A DNA stretch of 64,000 bases from a virus (IMGVR_UViG_3300006175_000012:1304-65303); one strand, 5' to 3'; shown: positions 51,413-62,484, counted from the first letter of the stretch. Translations and numbers: made by a program. Notes: a model not told the origin generated them from the letters alone.

Positions 51413-52455
51413 GCAGCCACCGCCGGAATATCGCTGCGATAGCGGGCCACGACCGGCCGCCAGTCGATCCCCGTGGCGGCGCCGAGAACCGCTATCGCAG
51501 TCGGCGGGCCCCAGGCGTTGCCGATCTGAAGCGCCACCTGTCCCTTGTTTCCCTGGAACGGGTACCGCGGCGGGAACCCCTGCAGTAGCGCCGCATCCCC
51601 GGGGCCGAGGTGCATGTGGCTGGCCGTGCGCGAGTCCGCCCCGTCCCGCTTGGGCAGCCACAGGCCCGGTTCGGCCATCGCGGCGCGCATCGCCTTGCGG
51701 GCGGCGTTGCCGAACGGCTCCGCGCCGCCCGTGGCCGTCCCGCCGCCGGTCACCGTGGGGGAGGGGCGGCGGGTGTAGCCCCAGCCGAGCGTGCCGGCCA
51801 TGCTGCGCCACGGCTCCAGCGGCGCCCCGAACAGGTGCCGCGCGGGCGCTTCGGCGTGCGTCGGCTCCGGGGCCCGCACCGCCCGCACGCGGGACGCGAT
51901 CAGGACGGCGCGCCGCCGCATCTGCCCGAGGCCGTAGTCCGCGGCTTGCAGCACCCCCGTCCACGCCGAATAGCCCAGGGCGCGCAGGATGCGGGCGATG
52001 TGCTCCCACAGCGGCAGCACCGCCGGAACCTGCTCCAGCGCGATCCACTCGGGGCGCAGCGCGAGCGCGTAACGCAGCGGCTCGACGGCCAGCGGCGTGC
52101 GCGGGTCCGAGCATGCGGCGGCGAGCTGCGCGCGGGTGTCGCGTCCGGCGGCGAGGTCGTCCAGGGCCTGGTGCAGCAGCTGCATGTCGCCGCGGCCCTC
52201 GCCCTTGCCGGCCATGGAGAACGTGCCGCACGGCGGGCTGGCGATCAGTCCCGGGATGCGGCGCTGCGCCAGCCGCTCCAGCGGGAACGCCGCGGCGTCC
52301 GCCCGCACGGTCAGGTGCCCAGCGGCGGCGCGGGTAGCGCACGCCCAGGGATCGAGCTCGATCCCCAACTCGACCAGGCCGAGTTCGCGTGCGGCCACTC
52401 CCCAGCCGCCCGGGCCGGCGAACGGGCCGATCGCGTCGATCTGCACGGCGGTCAT
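51409..52455 (-). CDS. C5 DNA cytosine methyltransferase
   Basis: FAGPGG, SPPCGTFS, LEQV, Q.RRR, QIGNA. Confidence 0.92.
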   Translation of the reverse strand: MTAVQIDAIGPFAGPGGWGVAARELGLVELGIELDPWACATRAAAGHLTVRADAAAFPLERLAQRRIPGLIASPPCGTFSMAGKGEGRGDMQLLHQALDDLAAGRDTRAQLAAACSDPRTPLAVEPLRYALALRPEWIALEQVPAVLPLWEHIARILRALGYSAWTGVLQAADYGLGQMRRRAVLIASRVRAVRAPEPTHAEAPARHLFGAPLEPWRSMAGTLGWGYTRRPSPTVTGGGTATGGAEPFGNAARKAMRAAMAEPGLWLPKRDGADSRTASHMHLGPGDAALLQGFPPRYPFQGNKGQVALQIGNAWGPPTAIAVLGAATGIDWRPVVARYRSDIPAVAA

Positions 52456-52946
52456 CTCGGCTCCCACCGGGTAGCGCGCTGCCGCGGGCCGAGCACCGCG
52501 ACGACCGTGCCCATGTCGCTGGGCCGCCACAGCGCGGTCTCGAATCCGCACGCCGTCAGGTGGGTGAGCCAGGCGCGCTGCGGGTCGCTAAGGCGCCCGG
52601 TCTCGGTCTTGAGCTCGGCGAAGATCGTGCGGCGCCGGCGTGGGTGGCCGAGGACAAAATCGGGCCAGCCGCGCTCGGAGAACTTCGAGTTGTGCGTGTG
52701 GTACGTGATCCACCCGTAGTACGCGGCGGTCTCGCGGATCTTCGCGGTCCACGCCGCCTCGGTCATGCGCGCGGTCGGCCGGCGAGTGGCTCCCTCCCCC
52801 CGCGCAGGGTGCGGCCCGAGCGCGGGAGAAGGGGTCTGGGCCGCCGCGGCAGAGGCGGGGTGAGCCGCGGCGGGGGACTGGGGGAACAGCGCGTCAAGCG
52901 CGGGCTGTGCGCAACCGGTGGATGGGATGACGATGCGGCCGGTCAC
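52452..52946 (-). CDS. VRR-NUC domain nuclease
   Basis: GWPDFVL..FAELKTETGRLSDPQRAW. Confidence 0.85.
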   Translation of the reverse strand: MTGRIVIPSTGCAQPALDALFPQSPAAAHPASAAAAQTPSPALGPHPARGEGATRRPTARMTEAAWTAKIRETAAYYGWITYHTHNSKFSERGWPDFVLGHPRRRRTIFAELKTETGRLSDPQRAWLTHLTACGFETALWRPSDMGTVVAVLGPRQRATRWEPR

Positions 52947-53494
52947 GATGCACCTGCCAATTGCCCGACCACGGCGTCGAGCACGTCCTGCGGCGGGCGC
53001 CAGAACCCCAGCGCGCCCTTGCACGGCACCGGCTGCGGCAGTCGGCGCACACGGTCGAGCGTGTAGTGGAAGACACCCGGCCCCGGCTCGCCCCACGGCG
53101 CGCAGCAGCCGGCCGCCTCATGGCAGTCGGTGATCTGCGCGAGGCCGAGGATCGAGCCGAGTGGCGCGCGCAGCCGGAACGCGCCCGTGCGCGCCATCCA
53201 GCGGCCCATCACCGGGCGCTCTACGGCGCGCAGGTCGTAACTCTTGCCCGCGTGCAACAGGACCAGCCCGCGGCGGTGCGTGCGGGTCGTCCGGTTCTCG
53301 GTGCGCTTCGGATCGGTGTCGTCGGTGATGATCGCGTCGAGCCAGGGCTGACGGACGGTCAGCGCGCGCAGGTCGAGCGCGGAGACGGACCGCTCGGCGA
53401 GCCCCGGGGGCACCGGGTCGGCGTCGGCGTACGCGTCGCGCACCGTGGCGAGCAGACGGTCACCCAGGGCGTCGGTGTACCGAGGGCGGTTCAC
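52943..53494 (-). CDS. ASCH-domain protein
   Basis: ALTVRQPW..KRTENRT..RGLVLLHAG..PVPCKGALGFW. Confidence 0.85.
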   Translation of the reverse strand: MNRPRYTDALGDRLLATVRDAYADADPVPPGLAERSVSALDLRALTVRQPWLDAIITDDTDPKRTENRTTRTHRRGLVLLHAGKSYDLRAVERPVMGRWMARTGAFRLRAPLGSILGLAQITDCHEAAGCCAPWGEPGPGVFHYTLDRVRRLPQPVPCKGALGFWRPPQDVLDAVVGQLAGAS

Positions 53495-54438
53495 GCGGCA
53501 CCTGCCCCGAAGTCCAAGACGCCTTGCGCGAACCGCTTGATCGCGAGCTGGTGATAGTCCTCGCTGAGGTCGATGCCGATGTACCGGCGGCCGAGCTTGC
53601 GCGCCGCTTCGCCGGTAGTTCCGGACCCGGAAAAGGGATCGAGCACAGTGCCGCCGGGCTTACAGCCAGCCTTGATGCAGCGCAGCGCCAACTCGACCGG
53701 CATCACCGCGAAGTGCGCCTCGGGATACGGCCGCGTGCCGAACGCCCACACGTCGCCGGGATTACGCCCCCGCGCGCTCGGTCCCGCGTACGGCGCCGTC
53801 GCGGTGCGCGGCAGGCTCGCATTGCGCGCACGGAAAGCGCTTGCGCCCGCGATCCGCTCGGGCGCCCTGTGCGGCTCCCGGATCGCGTCGAGATCGAACC
53901 AGTAGCGCTGCGACCTGGTGAACAGGTCCACGCTCTCGTAGCAGTGGGAAAGCCTGTCGGTGACGGATTCCGGCATCGAGTTGGTGACGTGCCAGATGCC
54001 CTTGTTGCGCACGTTCCAGCCGTCGTCTTGCAGGGCGATGCGCAGCCGGTCGGGAACGAGCAGCAGGTTCTTGGGCCCGTATCCGGGGACGCGAGTGGGT
54101 CGCGCGACGTGGTCGTGATCGCCCCCGGTGAGGTTGCCGCCGCGGTTGCCGCCCTGGCCTCCCGCGCTGTACGAGTCGTCGATGTTGATCCAGCAGGTGC
54201 CGTCCTTGGCGAGCACCCGCTTAGCCTCGGCGAACACGGCGCGCATGGTCTCGACATACTCGGCGGGGGAGGTCTCCAGCCCGTACTGCCCGTCGACGCC
54301 GTAGTCACGCAGGCCGAAATACGGCGGGCTGGTGACGATGCAGTCCACGGACTCGTCCGGCATCTCGCGCAACCCTTCGAGCGCGTCGCCGAGAATGAGC
54401 CGCACCTGCTCGTCGGCGTAGTATTCGCGGGGGCTCAT
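53491..54438 (-). CDS. Amino (N4-C/N6-A) DNA methyltransferase, beta class
   Basis: TSPPY precedes VLDPFSGSGTT. Confidence 0.92.
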   Translation of the reverse strand: MSPREYYADEQVRLILGDALEGLREMPDESVDCIVTSPPYFGLRDYGVDGQYGLETSPAEYVETMRAVFAEAKRVLAKDGTCWINIDDSYSAGGQGGNRGGNLTGGDHDHVARPTRVPGYGPKNLLLVPDRLRIALQDDGWNVRNKGIWHVTNSMPESVTDRLSHCYESVDLFTRSQRYWFDLDAIREPHRAPERIAGASAFRARNASLPRTATAPYAGPSARGRNPGDVWAFGTRPYPEAHFAVMPVELALRCIKAGCKPGGTVLDPFSGSGTTGEAARKLGRRYIGIDLSEDYHQLAIKRFAQGVLDFGAGAA

Positions 54439-54950
54439 GCCGAAAGCACCTCCCTGATCGCGGCATCGAACGGAAATTCCTTGAATTGCTTACCGCCCTG
54501 CGTCCCAGGCGGCTTGATATGCACGAGTTGCCGGTGCTGACTCGGGCCGAGGTAGGCGATCGTGCGTATATCGAGAGCCACCAAGGCCAATACGTCGAAC
54601 TCGCCTGGCGCATAACGTCGCTTTGCGCCCTTAGCGCGCTTGACCGTGAAGGAATAGACCGGCGCGAGAAGCTGCTCCCCGCGGGGAATGCGTCGCAAGT
54701 TGCGCGTTGATTTGACCTGGACACGGACAAGTCGTGCGCCTAGATCGACAGCTACGTCATATGGGCAGTTTTGGTCAGCCAGAAACGCCAGATAGCCCAC
54801 CAGTAGTAGGTCGGCGCACACCAGGTGCTCTGCGGCAGTTCCGGCTGCCAGGTCGCTGACTTCGCTAAGCGGCCCTCTGATCTTCGGGGAAGGAGCGCGA
54901 CGCACCTCGACCGCGAGCTCCAACTGCTCGTTCGCATCAATGAGCGTCAC
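54435..54950 (-). CDS. PD-(D/E)xK endonuclease (homing-type)
   Basis: G..AE..V..DL, YDVAVD..RVQVKS; visibly lower GC than neighbours. Confidence 0.75.
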   Translation of the reverse strand: MTLIDANEQLELAVEVRRAPSPKIRGPLSEVSDLAAGTAAEHLVCADLLLVGYLAFLADQNCPYDVAVDLGARLVRVQVKSTRNLRRIPRGEQLLAPVYSFTVKRAKGAKRRYAPGEFDVLALVALDIRTIAYLGPSQHRQLVHIKPPGTQGGKQFKEFPFDAAIREVLSA

Positions 54951-55847
54951 GCTGCCGCTCCCGTCTGCTCGCGGGCGACCAGCAGCGCGGCCTCCAGGTC
55001 GGCGCCCAGCGTCGCCCGGTACGCGCGCGACCCGATCCGCTCGACGTCCGGAACCGACGGGCTGCCCGCCGCGCGCGGGAACGGCACCGCGACCGCCCAC
55101 AGCGTGCGCGTGTCGCCCCGGCGCGCGACCGTGACGTACACGGCGTCGGAAAGCACCGTCAGCGTCACACCGCCCCGCCCGGCTGCCGCGGGGATGCGCG
55201 GGGCGCGGTGGGTCTTGGTGAGAGTGGCGATCGTGATCGGGGCGTCAGGGCGCGCGTCGGCGAGATCGGCGCACAGGCCCAACGCAACCGTGACGGCGCG
55301 GACGGACGGATCGGTCGTCACGACGACCGCCGCCAGCCGATGTCCGTCAGGCACGAGCGCTTGCCCATGCACGCCCCGCCGGACCGGTACGTGCACTGCA
55401 CGAGACGCGCCCGGCTCAGCCAGTGCGCGGCCTTGTGCGTGACCGACCATCGGCGCCACGCGCCGTGCCGGGCGTGCTCGCGGCCCTCGTGCGCCTCAGT
55501 GGCCTGCGCGAGCATGCAGAACGGGCACGGATGCCCGTAGCCGTTGTCCTGGTTGGGATACCAGACGCGCGGGTGCTGCGGGCCCTCGCTCCAGCACTCG
55601 GCCATCACCAGGCCGCTCAGCTCGCCGGGGACGTGCTCGGGGCAATGGATCCGATCGAAGCGGCCGACCTCGATGCCGCACACGTTGCACAGCCAGTCGA
55701 ACAGCTGCGTGGTCTCGTTCCAGACGAACAGTTCGACGTACGGCAGCCGGCCGCACACGCAGCCGTCCTCGCCACGCTGGCAGCGGGTGCACTCGTCGAT
55801 GTCCGGGTCGTACTGCGTGGCCAGGAGCGGCCGGGTGACGGTGTCAC

Positions 55848-56540
55848 TCACAGCACACCACCGACCGGCTCGACGGTCACCATGATCGGGCTTGCCGCGA
55901 CAGCCTCACCCGGAGCCGACGCACGCGCTTCGTCGTACTGGGTGATCCCGAAGACGATCGCGCGGCAGGCCCACAGGAACCAGTGGTCGTAGTCCCGCAG
56001 GTCCCACTCCCACGTGTCGTGGAATTGAAAGTCGGGCTGCTTGTCGGCGTCCCACCGGTCATCCGGGTTCTTGTAGAACGTGAACCTCGTCAGCGCGTCG
56101 CGCGCGCCGTCCTCGAAGCCGATCTCGTCGGACTCCAGGATTTCCCCGCGCACCGCGTCCGCCAGGCTGGACAGCTCGGGGTTGTCCTCGACCGCCTCGG
56201 CGACGTGCTCCCGGACCAGCCGTTCGAACAGTGCCTGGTCGTACTTCTTGACGCAATCGCGGTCGCTGGTCAGCTTCTGCGACCAGTAGCCCGGGTTGAC
56301 GTGGCCGGCCGGGCTGCGGAAGAACTCGAACATGTCCCGCAGGCGGCTGAACACGTAGCTCTCTTCGCCTCGGTAGATGAGCGCGTTGGGCACCGTGACC
56401 AGTTCGAAGGCGTAGGACGACGTGTCGGGGCGCTGGAAGCGCAGGTGCCGATACAGCCCGTCGTCGCGCAGGACCTTCATCTCGTGCGCCGCCGTCTCGC
56501 GGGCGAAGCGCTCGGCGATCTCGGTGTACGGGTTGGGCAT
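55848..56540 (-). CDS. Phage-type hypothetical protein
   Basis: 230-aa ORF (DDGLYRHLRF..DMFEFFR..NPGYWSQKL). Confidence 0.7.
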   Translation of the reverse strand: MPNPYTEIAERFARETAAHEMKVLRDDGLYRHLRFQRPDTSSYAFELVTVPNALIYRGEESYVFSRLRDMFEFFRSPAGHVNPGYWSQKLTSDRDCVKKYDQALFERLVREHVAEAVEDNPELSSLADAVRGEILESDEIGFEDGARDALTRFTFYKNPDDRWDADKQPDFQFHDTWEWDLRDYDHWFLWACRAIVFGITQYDEARASAPGEAVAASPIMVTVEPVGGVL

Positions 56541-57856
56541 TGCGTCCCCCTCGGGGATCGGATCGGATGGTTGCCCCCTCCCGGCCCCGCCCCGCCAGCT
56601 GGACGGGAACGGGACCGGTTCGCCGCGGGATGCTTCGCGGCTACCGGCTGCGCGACGAGGGGGAGGACGCGCAGCCGGGGCTTGATCAGGACGGGACGGT
56701 CACCGCTGGAAAGGGCCGCCCGCCTGGCCTGGATCGGCGGGGGTTGCCGGCCGCTCGCGCAGGCCGTCCACGATCGCCGCGAACGTGAGCAGTTCGATCG
56801 CCGGGATGTCCTCGATCCGGTCGTGCTCGCCCGTGACCGAGGACACGTCCGCGAGAACCTGATCGCGGGACGGCATCTGGCGCCGCCGGCCGGACTGCGC
56901 GAGCTGCTGCTCGGCGGCCTCGAACGCGCAGTCGTTCAGCGCCCGGGTCCGCTCGAGGTCGGCCTGCAACACGGCGTCACGGGACTGGGCGACCAGCTCG
57001 CACTCGCGCAGTTCCTCGGCGTAGCGGCGGTCATCGCGCGCGTGCAGCACCTCGGCGCACACGATCGCCAGCCCGACGACGGCGAGAGCGGCCACGAGCA
57101 TGACCCGTAGGGCCTCACCGGCGTCCACGGTCCGCCTCCTCGACGTCGTCGCCGTCCAGGCCCAACTCGCCCGCGCACTCGATCTCCCGGGAACGCAGCG
57201 CCTGGTCGATGTACGACTGCGGGGCGTTGACCACCGCGCGCATGTGCCGGTTATGGTCGCGCTCGCGGTGGGCACGCTCGGCCGCGTCAGGGGTGCGGCG
57301 CTCCTCGATCCGGCCGGCCAGGCGGCCCGCGCCGCGCGAAAGCGACCACACGCCCGTGAACACGACCGCCGCGAGCAGTACCAGCCACGCCTGCACCACC
57401 AGCGGCAGCGACGCGAACAGGTGCCACACGTGCGCGGCCTTCACGGCGCACCGCCCGCAGCGCCGTCACGCCGGGCGTTGAACGCTTCGACCGCCTTCGC
57501 CCATGCCGAGAACGGCAGGATCGACGCACCGCGGCGCCACACCTCGCGCACGATCGCGCAGCCCGTGCACCGGCAGCAGCCCGACTCCAGCGGTTCCCCG
57601 CGCTCGTCCAACTCGCCGAACGTGGGGTGACCCTCCAGGGCGTCCGCGAACACGTCGCGGATCAGCGCCAACTCCGCGGTGAACTCCGCCCGGTCCTCCG
57701 CGAGCATCGCCTCACGGCAGTCGCAGGCCGTACGGTGCTCCAGGCACGCCCGGTAGCGCAGGTCCATCGTGCTACGCGGCAGATCGACACCGAGGCGCAC
57801 ATGGCCTGAGAACGAGACCCGCTTGAGTGGGCCGACCAACTCCTTCGTCGCGGCCA

Positions 57857-58912
57857 TCAGGCAGCCGCCCTGCGGTCCGCCGCCGCCGACTCCGCCCGGC
57901 ACGCCGCACAGTCCGGATCCCAATCGCCCTCATGCGCGTGCGCGTCCACGACCTCGACCGTGTCCTGCGACACGATCGCCGCCCGGCGCGCAGCGAAGTA
58001 CTGGAACACCGCGTCACCGTTCAAGCCATGTCCAGCCGCCTGCGCGCGCAGCAGCGCCTGAGACAACTCCTCCAAGTCGTGCGCGTTGTCGGCCATCTCG
58101 CGGCAGTCCTGAACGCTGAGCTGTTCAGTTGTCTGCGCCGGGCGCGGAGTGGAGACCGGAGCGGGCGCGATCTGCTCCGCCTGGACGCCCGCGACGATGC
58201 GCAACTGCTCGCGCATGTACTCCGACGACGTCGGCACCCACTTGCGCAACCGGTGCGCCGCAGTCTTGAGCCACATCGCCTTCTCGCTCTTGCGCCACGG
58301 CGACCACGCCTCGTCGACGCCCTTCGCGTAGGTCTTCGCCTCAGCGATGTCGAACCGATTGAGCACGATGACCTCGGAGATCGAGCCGCCCTTCATGTCC
58401 GCGTAGGCGTACACGCCCTTGAGCGGGCCGCGGTCCTCGAACCAGTCGGCGCAGTGGTACGGCTGCCGCTGCGGGCCGTCCCAGCGCGGCGGGTCGTGCC
58501 GGTCGATCGTGCCCTTCTCCCAGATGAACACGTCCTTCTCGCGCACCACCTCCACCGTCACCGAGGTCACGGCGCCCGCGCGGTAAATCAGCTCGATCTC
58601 GCCCTGGTAGCCCTCCATACCCACGATCTCGGGGCCGTTCTTGGTCTTGCGCCAGGTCAGGTAATACTGCTCCGTGCCCGGTTCGAGGCCGAGGCGGGAG
58701 GCCTCCCATAGGGCGGTCATCAGCGACGCCGGGTTGTTCTGTGCGGCGCGCAGCAGGTCCTGGTCGCGACTAAGCACCGCGACCGCGAGGCGCGTGAACA
58801 CCTCGGGCTTCATGTGCGACGGCATGATCGCGGCGAGGTCCGCCTTGTAGGACTCGATGATCGCCGACGCTCCGTCGTTGCGCAGCGCGACCGCCGTACT
58901 AACACTGGTCAT
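57857..58912 (-). CDS. recT: RecT-family ssDNA annealing protein
   Basis: SLMTAL..LGLEP, GYQGEIELIYRAG, VVREKD.F, AMWLKT. Confidence 0.9.
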   Translation of the reverse strand: MTSVSTAVALRNDGASAIIESYKADLAAIMPSHMKPEVFTRLAVAVLSRDQDLLRAAQNNPASLMTALWEASRLGLEPGTEQYYLTWRKTKNGPEIVGMEGYQGEIELIYRAGAVTSVTVEVVREKDVFIWEKGTIDRHDPPRWDGPQRQPYHCADWFEDRGPLKGVYAYADMKGGSISEVIVLNRFDIAEAKTYAKGVDEAWSPWRKSEKAMWLKTAAHRLRKWVPTSSEYMREQLRIVAGVQAEQIAPAPVSTPRPAQTTEQLSVQDCREMADNAHDLEELSQALLRAQAAGHGLNGDAVFQYFAARRAAIVSQDTVEVVDAHAHEGDWDPDCAACRAESAAADRRAAA

Positions 58913-59829
58913 GCGAAATCCCCCCTGTTGCGGGCCGGTTGAAGGCTGTAGGTCTTGCCGTTGCGCACCGTGCGCGTCGCCACGAGCTGCCCCAGGCTCT
59001 TCGCCCGGTGCCCGTCGGCGATCTGGTCGAGCACCAGCGCCTGCGCGCGGCGCTTCTCCGTCTCGGCCGCCGCTGCCGCGTCCAGCGCGTCGAAGTACTG
59101 GTCGGCGAGGATCGGCCAGATCTCCACGTCGAGGTCGACCATGCCTTCGGGCAGGTCCTTGACCACGCGCAGCGTCTGCTCGTGCCCGTCGATCTGCGGG
59201 CGGATGTTCTCGGCGACCTGCCGCTGGAATTCCTCGGCGGCGGCGCGCATCGTTGCCGTGTCCTGCTCGTCGCGGTGGATGACGTACTCGCGGAACTCGC
59301 CCTGCGAGCCGATGAACACCATCAGCCGGCACTCCTCGAGGCCGAAGGTGTCGATGTACCAGCGGCCCTGCGCGCTGTAGTAGACGGGCACCTCGTCGGT
59401 GTTTTCCTGACCCCACTTGTCGCCGGTCAGCGCGTACTTGGCCTCGAAGACGGCCGACGGCTGGGCACGGCCGGGCTCGTAGATCAGCTGGTCGGGGTTG
59501 GCGATCTGGTAGGGGCGCTGCCGGTTGCGGTAGGTGCCGCCGCCGCGCAGTTCGAGCTCGGGGTGCCGCTCGGCGAACACCTGGCAGATCACCGGTTCCA
59601 GTCGGCGTCCCGCGTCCATCTCGGTGGTCATTTCGCGGGCCGGGACGATGCCGCGTTTGCGGTGCCACAGCGAGAACGCAGACTCCCACGGGGAGATCCC
59701 GAGGACGGCGGCGATCTCGCTGCCGCCGATGCCGTCGGCGCGTGCGGCGTGCCACTTGGGCGAGCCGGGCTCGAACACGCCGAGCAGTTCGGCGTCACCA
59801 ACAGCGGGCAGGTCGAAGAGCGCGGTCAC
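58909..59829 (-). CDS. YqaJ-like viral recombinase (lambda exonuclease family)
   Basis: GIGGSEIAAVLG.SPW, GRRLEP, ANPD, FEAK, Y.AQ..WY. Confidence 0.92.
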   Translation of the reverse strand: MTALFDLPAVGDAELLGVFEPGSPKWHAARADGIGGSEIAAVLGISPWESAFSLWHRKRGIVPAREMTTEMDAGRRLEPVICQVFAERHPELELRGGGTYRNRQRPYQIANPDQLIYEPGRAQPSAVFEAKYALTGDKWGQENTDEVPVYYSAQGRWYIDTFGLEECRLMVFIGSQGEFREYVIHRDEQDTATMRAAAEEFQRQVAENIRPQIDGHEQTLRVVKDLPEGMVDLDVEIWPILADQYFDALDAAAAAETEKRRAQALVLDQIADGHRAKSLGQLVATRTVRNGKTYSLQPARNRGDFA

Positions 59830-60423
59830 GCGGCTACCTGCTCTCGCGCGCCGAACTCCGCGGCCACAGCGCCCACCAGGTCGTCGAGCAGTGCCGCAGC
59901 CTTCCAGCCGCCCGCCTGACGCTCGGCGGGATCCAGACCCTCGTCCATCTCGACGGCACGCTGCGCCAGCAGGTCCCTGAAGTCGTCCGCGTACGCCGGG
60001 TCGGCCAACTGCTCCAGGACCGCGCGGACCGTCTCCTGCGTGATGGCGCTCATCGGGCACCCGCGCTCTCGCCCAGCACCATCCACGCCGTCACGTCCAC
60101 GAGCCGCCACACCCACACCGCGCGGCCCGCCGTCACGGACAACTCCAAGCCCGACACGGTGCGCACCACGCTGCCCGTCGCCCCATGCGCGGCGAACTCC
60201 ACCCGCAGCCAGCACGGCCGCTCGCCCTCATCGAGGATGTAATCCCCGGGCATCAGCGCGACCGGGTCAAGGCGGGAACGGCGCGCCGTGCGCGGGAAGA
60301 TCTCCCGCGACTCGCCCTGCCCGTACACCGGCTCGTCGAAGTCGTTCATCTCGGCGCGGAACACGTCCGGCAGCTCAGGCGGCGCGGCGTGCTTCGGCCC
60401 GGCCGGGGCCAGCGTCAGGGCGC

Positions 60424-61572
60424 TCACCGGGAGGCCTCCGTCTCGTTCAGCCCCGCGCGGAACGCCTCCACCAGGCCCGCGGCCTCGCCGGGCGCCAGCA
60501 GCCACACCGGCGCGCCCGGCCCCAAAACGACTTCCTCGCCCTCGGCCGGCTGCGCGACCACCCGCTTCTCGGCGTCCACCTCCGCGGACTCCACCAGCGA
60601 CCACACGCCGCCGGCGAGCATCCATGCGCCGTGCTGCACCAGCAGTTCCGTAGCCGTGTGCTCCGAGCCGTCCGCCGGGACGCCGGGGACAGCGGACATG
60701 CGCGCCGGGATCGAGAGAATCTTGTGGCGCTTGGGCAGCGGCGGGCCGGCCTGGTCCGCGTCTTCGCGCGGGACAGGGGGAGCGGTGTCGTCGCGGTGCA
60801 CCGGCGAGGACGGGCGGCTGCCGTCGCTGCGCACCATCCCGTCCGTGCTGGCCACGGCGTCCCACGGGTGCGGCTGCGCGAGAACCTGCGTCACCTCGAC
60901 CGCCGCGAGGCCGGGCTTGCCGTCGGCCTTGCGCGGGTCTGGCATGCCGGGCGTGTACAGGGGCTCCGGGAACTGCATCGTCTCGTCCAGCGGCCGATGC
61001 GCGTTCGCGTGCAGCCTCGCCAAGCCCTCGCCGATGGCCGCTGTGTCGATCTCCAGCTCGACCCGCTCGCCGGTGACCCGCTCGATCATGTCCTCGGTCG
61101 CTGCGGCCTCGGCGAGCTTCCGTGTCACCCGCAGACCGGCCGCCATTGCTGCGGCAGTGCGAGTTTCGACCGTCTCCTGCTCGTCGGCGCGAGCGTTGAG
61201 CTGATCCCACGCGTCCTGCAGGAGTTCGACCGCGCCGCGCCAGGTCATCTCGGGGCGCAGTTCCCCGTCGAGCGAGAGCATCGCGATGTGCCGCAGCAGG
61301 TACGCCGGGCGCGAACCGTCCAGGTCGGTCGGCGACGCCGCGCCGGGCGGCTTGCGCTGTCCGGCGAGGTATCCGACGGCCTTGTGCAGCTCCGCGCGGA
61401 TCTGCTCGACAACCCACTGCGATTGCCCGGTGGGGTCGGTGGGCGGCAACGGCTCGTCGTCCTGCCGTGCGGGCCCGGCGAGCCAGGACTTGAGGGAGAA
61501 CCCTGATTGCTCATTCTTTGCCTTGCCCCGCTTGGTACTGCGCGCGGGGCGCTCTACAGTTGTGGTGCCCAC
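60424..61572 (-). CDS. Hypothetical early protein
   Basis: 382-aa ORF with GGGAGG RBS. Confidence 0.6.
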   Translation of the reverse strand: MGTTTVERPARSTKRGKAKNEQSGFSLKSWLAGPARQDDEPLPPTDPTGQSQWVVEQIRAELHKAVGYLAGQRKPPGAASPTDLDGSRPAYLLRHIAMLSLDGELRPEMTWRGAVELLQDAWDQLNARADEQETVETRTAAAMAAGLRVTRKLAEAAATEDMIERVTGERVELEIDTAAIGEGLARLHANAHRPLDETMQFPEPLYTPGMPDPRKADGKPGLAAVEVTQVLAQPHPWDAVASTDGMVRSDGSRPSSPVHRDDTAPPVPREDADQAGPPLPKRHKILSIPARMSAVPGVPADGSEHTATELLVQHGAWMLAGGVWSLVESAEVDAEKRVVAQPAEGEEVVLGPGAPVWLLAPGEAAGLVEAFRAGLNETEASR

Positions 61573-61611
61573 CTGTAATTCCTCCCGAAATGAGTGAGAA
61601 GGTGGATGGAC

Positions 61612-61653
61612 GCCGCTAAGGCCCGGAGGCAGCCGGGCCGAGGCGGCTTTTTT
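61612..61653 (+). terminator. Intrinsic terminator oriented antisense to the early operon
   Basis: GCCGC..GGCCCGG/CCGGGCC..GCGGC stem followed by TTTTTT on the plus strand. Confidence 0.65.
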
Positions 61654-61933
61654 GTCGGCTAGGCCGCTGACCGTTCCTCGGCCGGTTGGCGTCTACGTCT
61701 CGCGGCCGCAGACCTGCGCGCCATCTCGGCGTAGAACGCCTTGCGCGCCGAGGCGGCCGCAGCCGCCCGCGCCGCAGGGGCCATCACCCCGTCCGGGTCG
61801 ACCAGCCGCTCGAAGCGCGCCTCGCGCGCCTCCCAAGCCGCCGCCAGCCGCGCCGCGCGGTCAGGGGTCTTGGCCCACGACGCATGCGCTGCGGCGACGC
61901 GCTGGAGGCGCTGCTCGGCCTCGGACGGGCCGC

Positions 61934-62233
61934 TCACGCGGCGACCGCCTTGCTCGCGCGCCGCACGTGGCTGTAGAGGGTGCGCTCCGCGTAGGCGCGC
62001 GTCACCCCGTAGCTCATGGCCAGATCCGTCAGCCCGCCCATCACCAGCGCCGAGAGGTTGTTGACCCCGTCGACGGTCTGCTTGAGCGTGACCTCGCCGA
62101 TGCCGGCGGCGCGGGCGATCGCCGAGAGGTTGGGCTTTCCGGTGTTCCAGTTGTGCAGGCTCGGGTCGCGCTGCGCGAACCATTCGAGCGCGCCGTCGCG
62201 CAGCACGTACCGGGCGCGGTCTTCGCGTGCCAT
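61934..62233 (-). CDS. Cro-like HTH protein, first gene of the early operon
   Basis: PNLSAIARAAGIGEVTLKQ; divergent from the repressor. Confidence 0.65.
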   Translation of the reverse strand: MAREDRARYVLRDGALEWFAQRDPSLHNWNTGKPNLSAIARAAGIGEVTLKQTVDGVNNLSALVMGGLTDLAMSYGVTRAYAERTLYSHVRRASKAVAA

Positions 62234-62256
62234 GGGCGTCTCCGCATCGTCAACTT

Positions 62257-62484
62257 GGCTTGCTTAACCAAGGTAGCACCTAAGTTAAGTGTGCGGAGGT
62301 TTTTGGCGTCACGGATCGGCCTCGACTCGGTTCGCTTAGGGCGCGCCAGGGGCGCACGGAACGCGCAGTGGCGTTTTTGTCGCGGGCTGTGGCCTTCCGG
62401 TTCGTTCTCTGCGACACTCACGGCGGCATGCGCCGGGTGCGGCGGCGCATGCCGGCGCCCTAGACTCGCTTGGTTAAGCAAGCC
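62257..62484. promoter_or_regulatory. Operator pair of the lysis/lysogeny switch
   Basis: GGCTTGCTTAACCAAG 62257-62272 and its exact reverse complement at 62469-62484, one near each divergent gene. Confidence 0.75.

Noticed and set aside
51409-54950. MTases plus PD-(D/E)xK nuclease as a type II restriction-modification system
   Set aside because: The nuclease resembles free-standing homing-type endonucleases, and the MTases sit in a normal phage early operon as orphans
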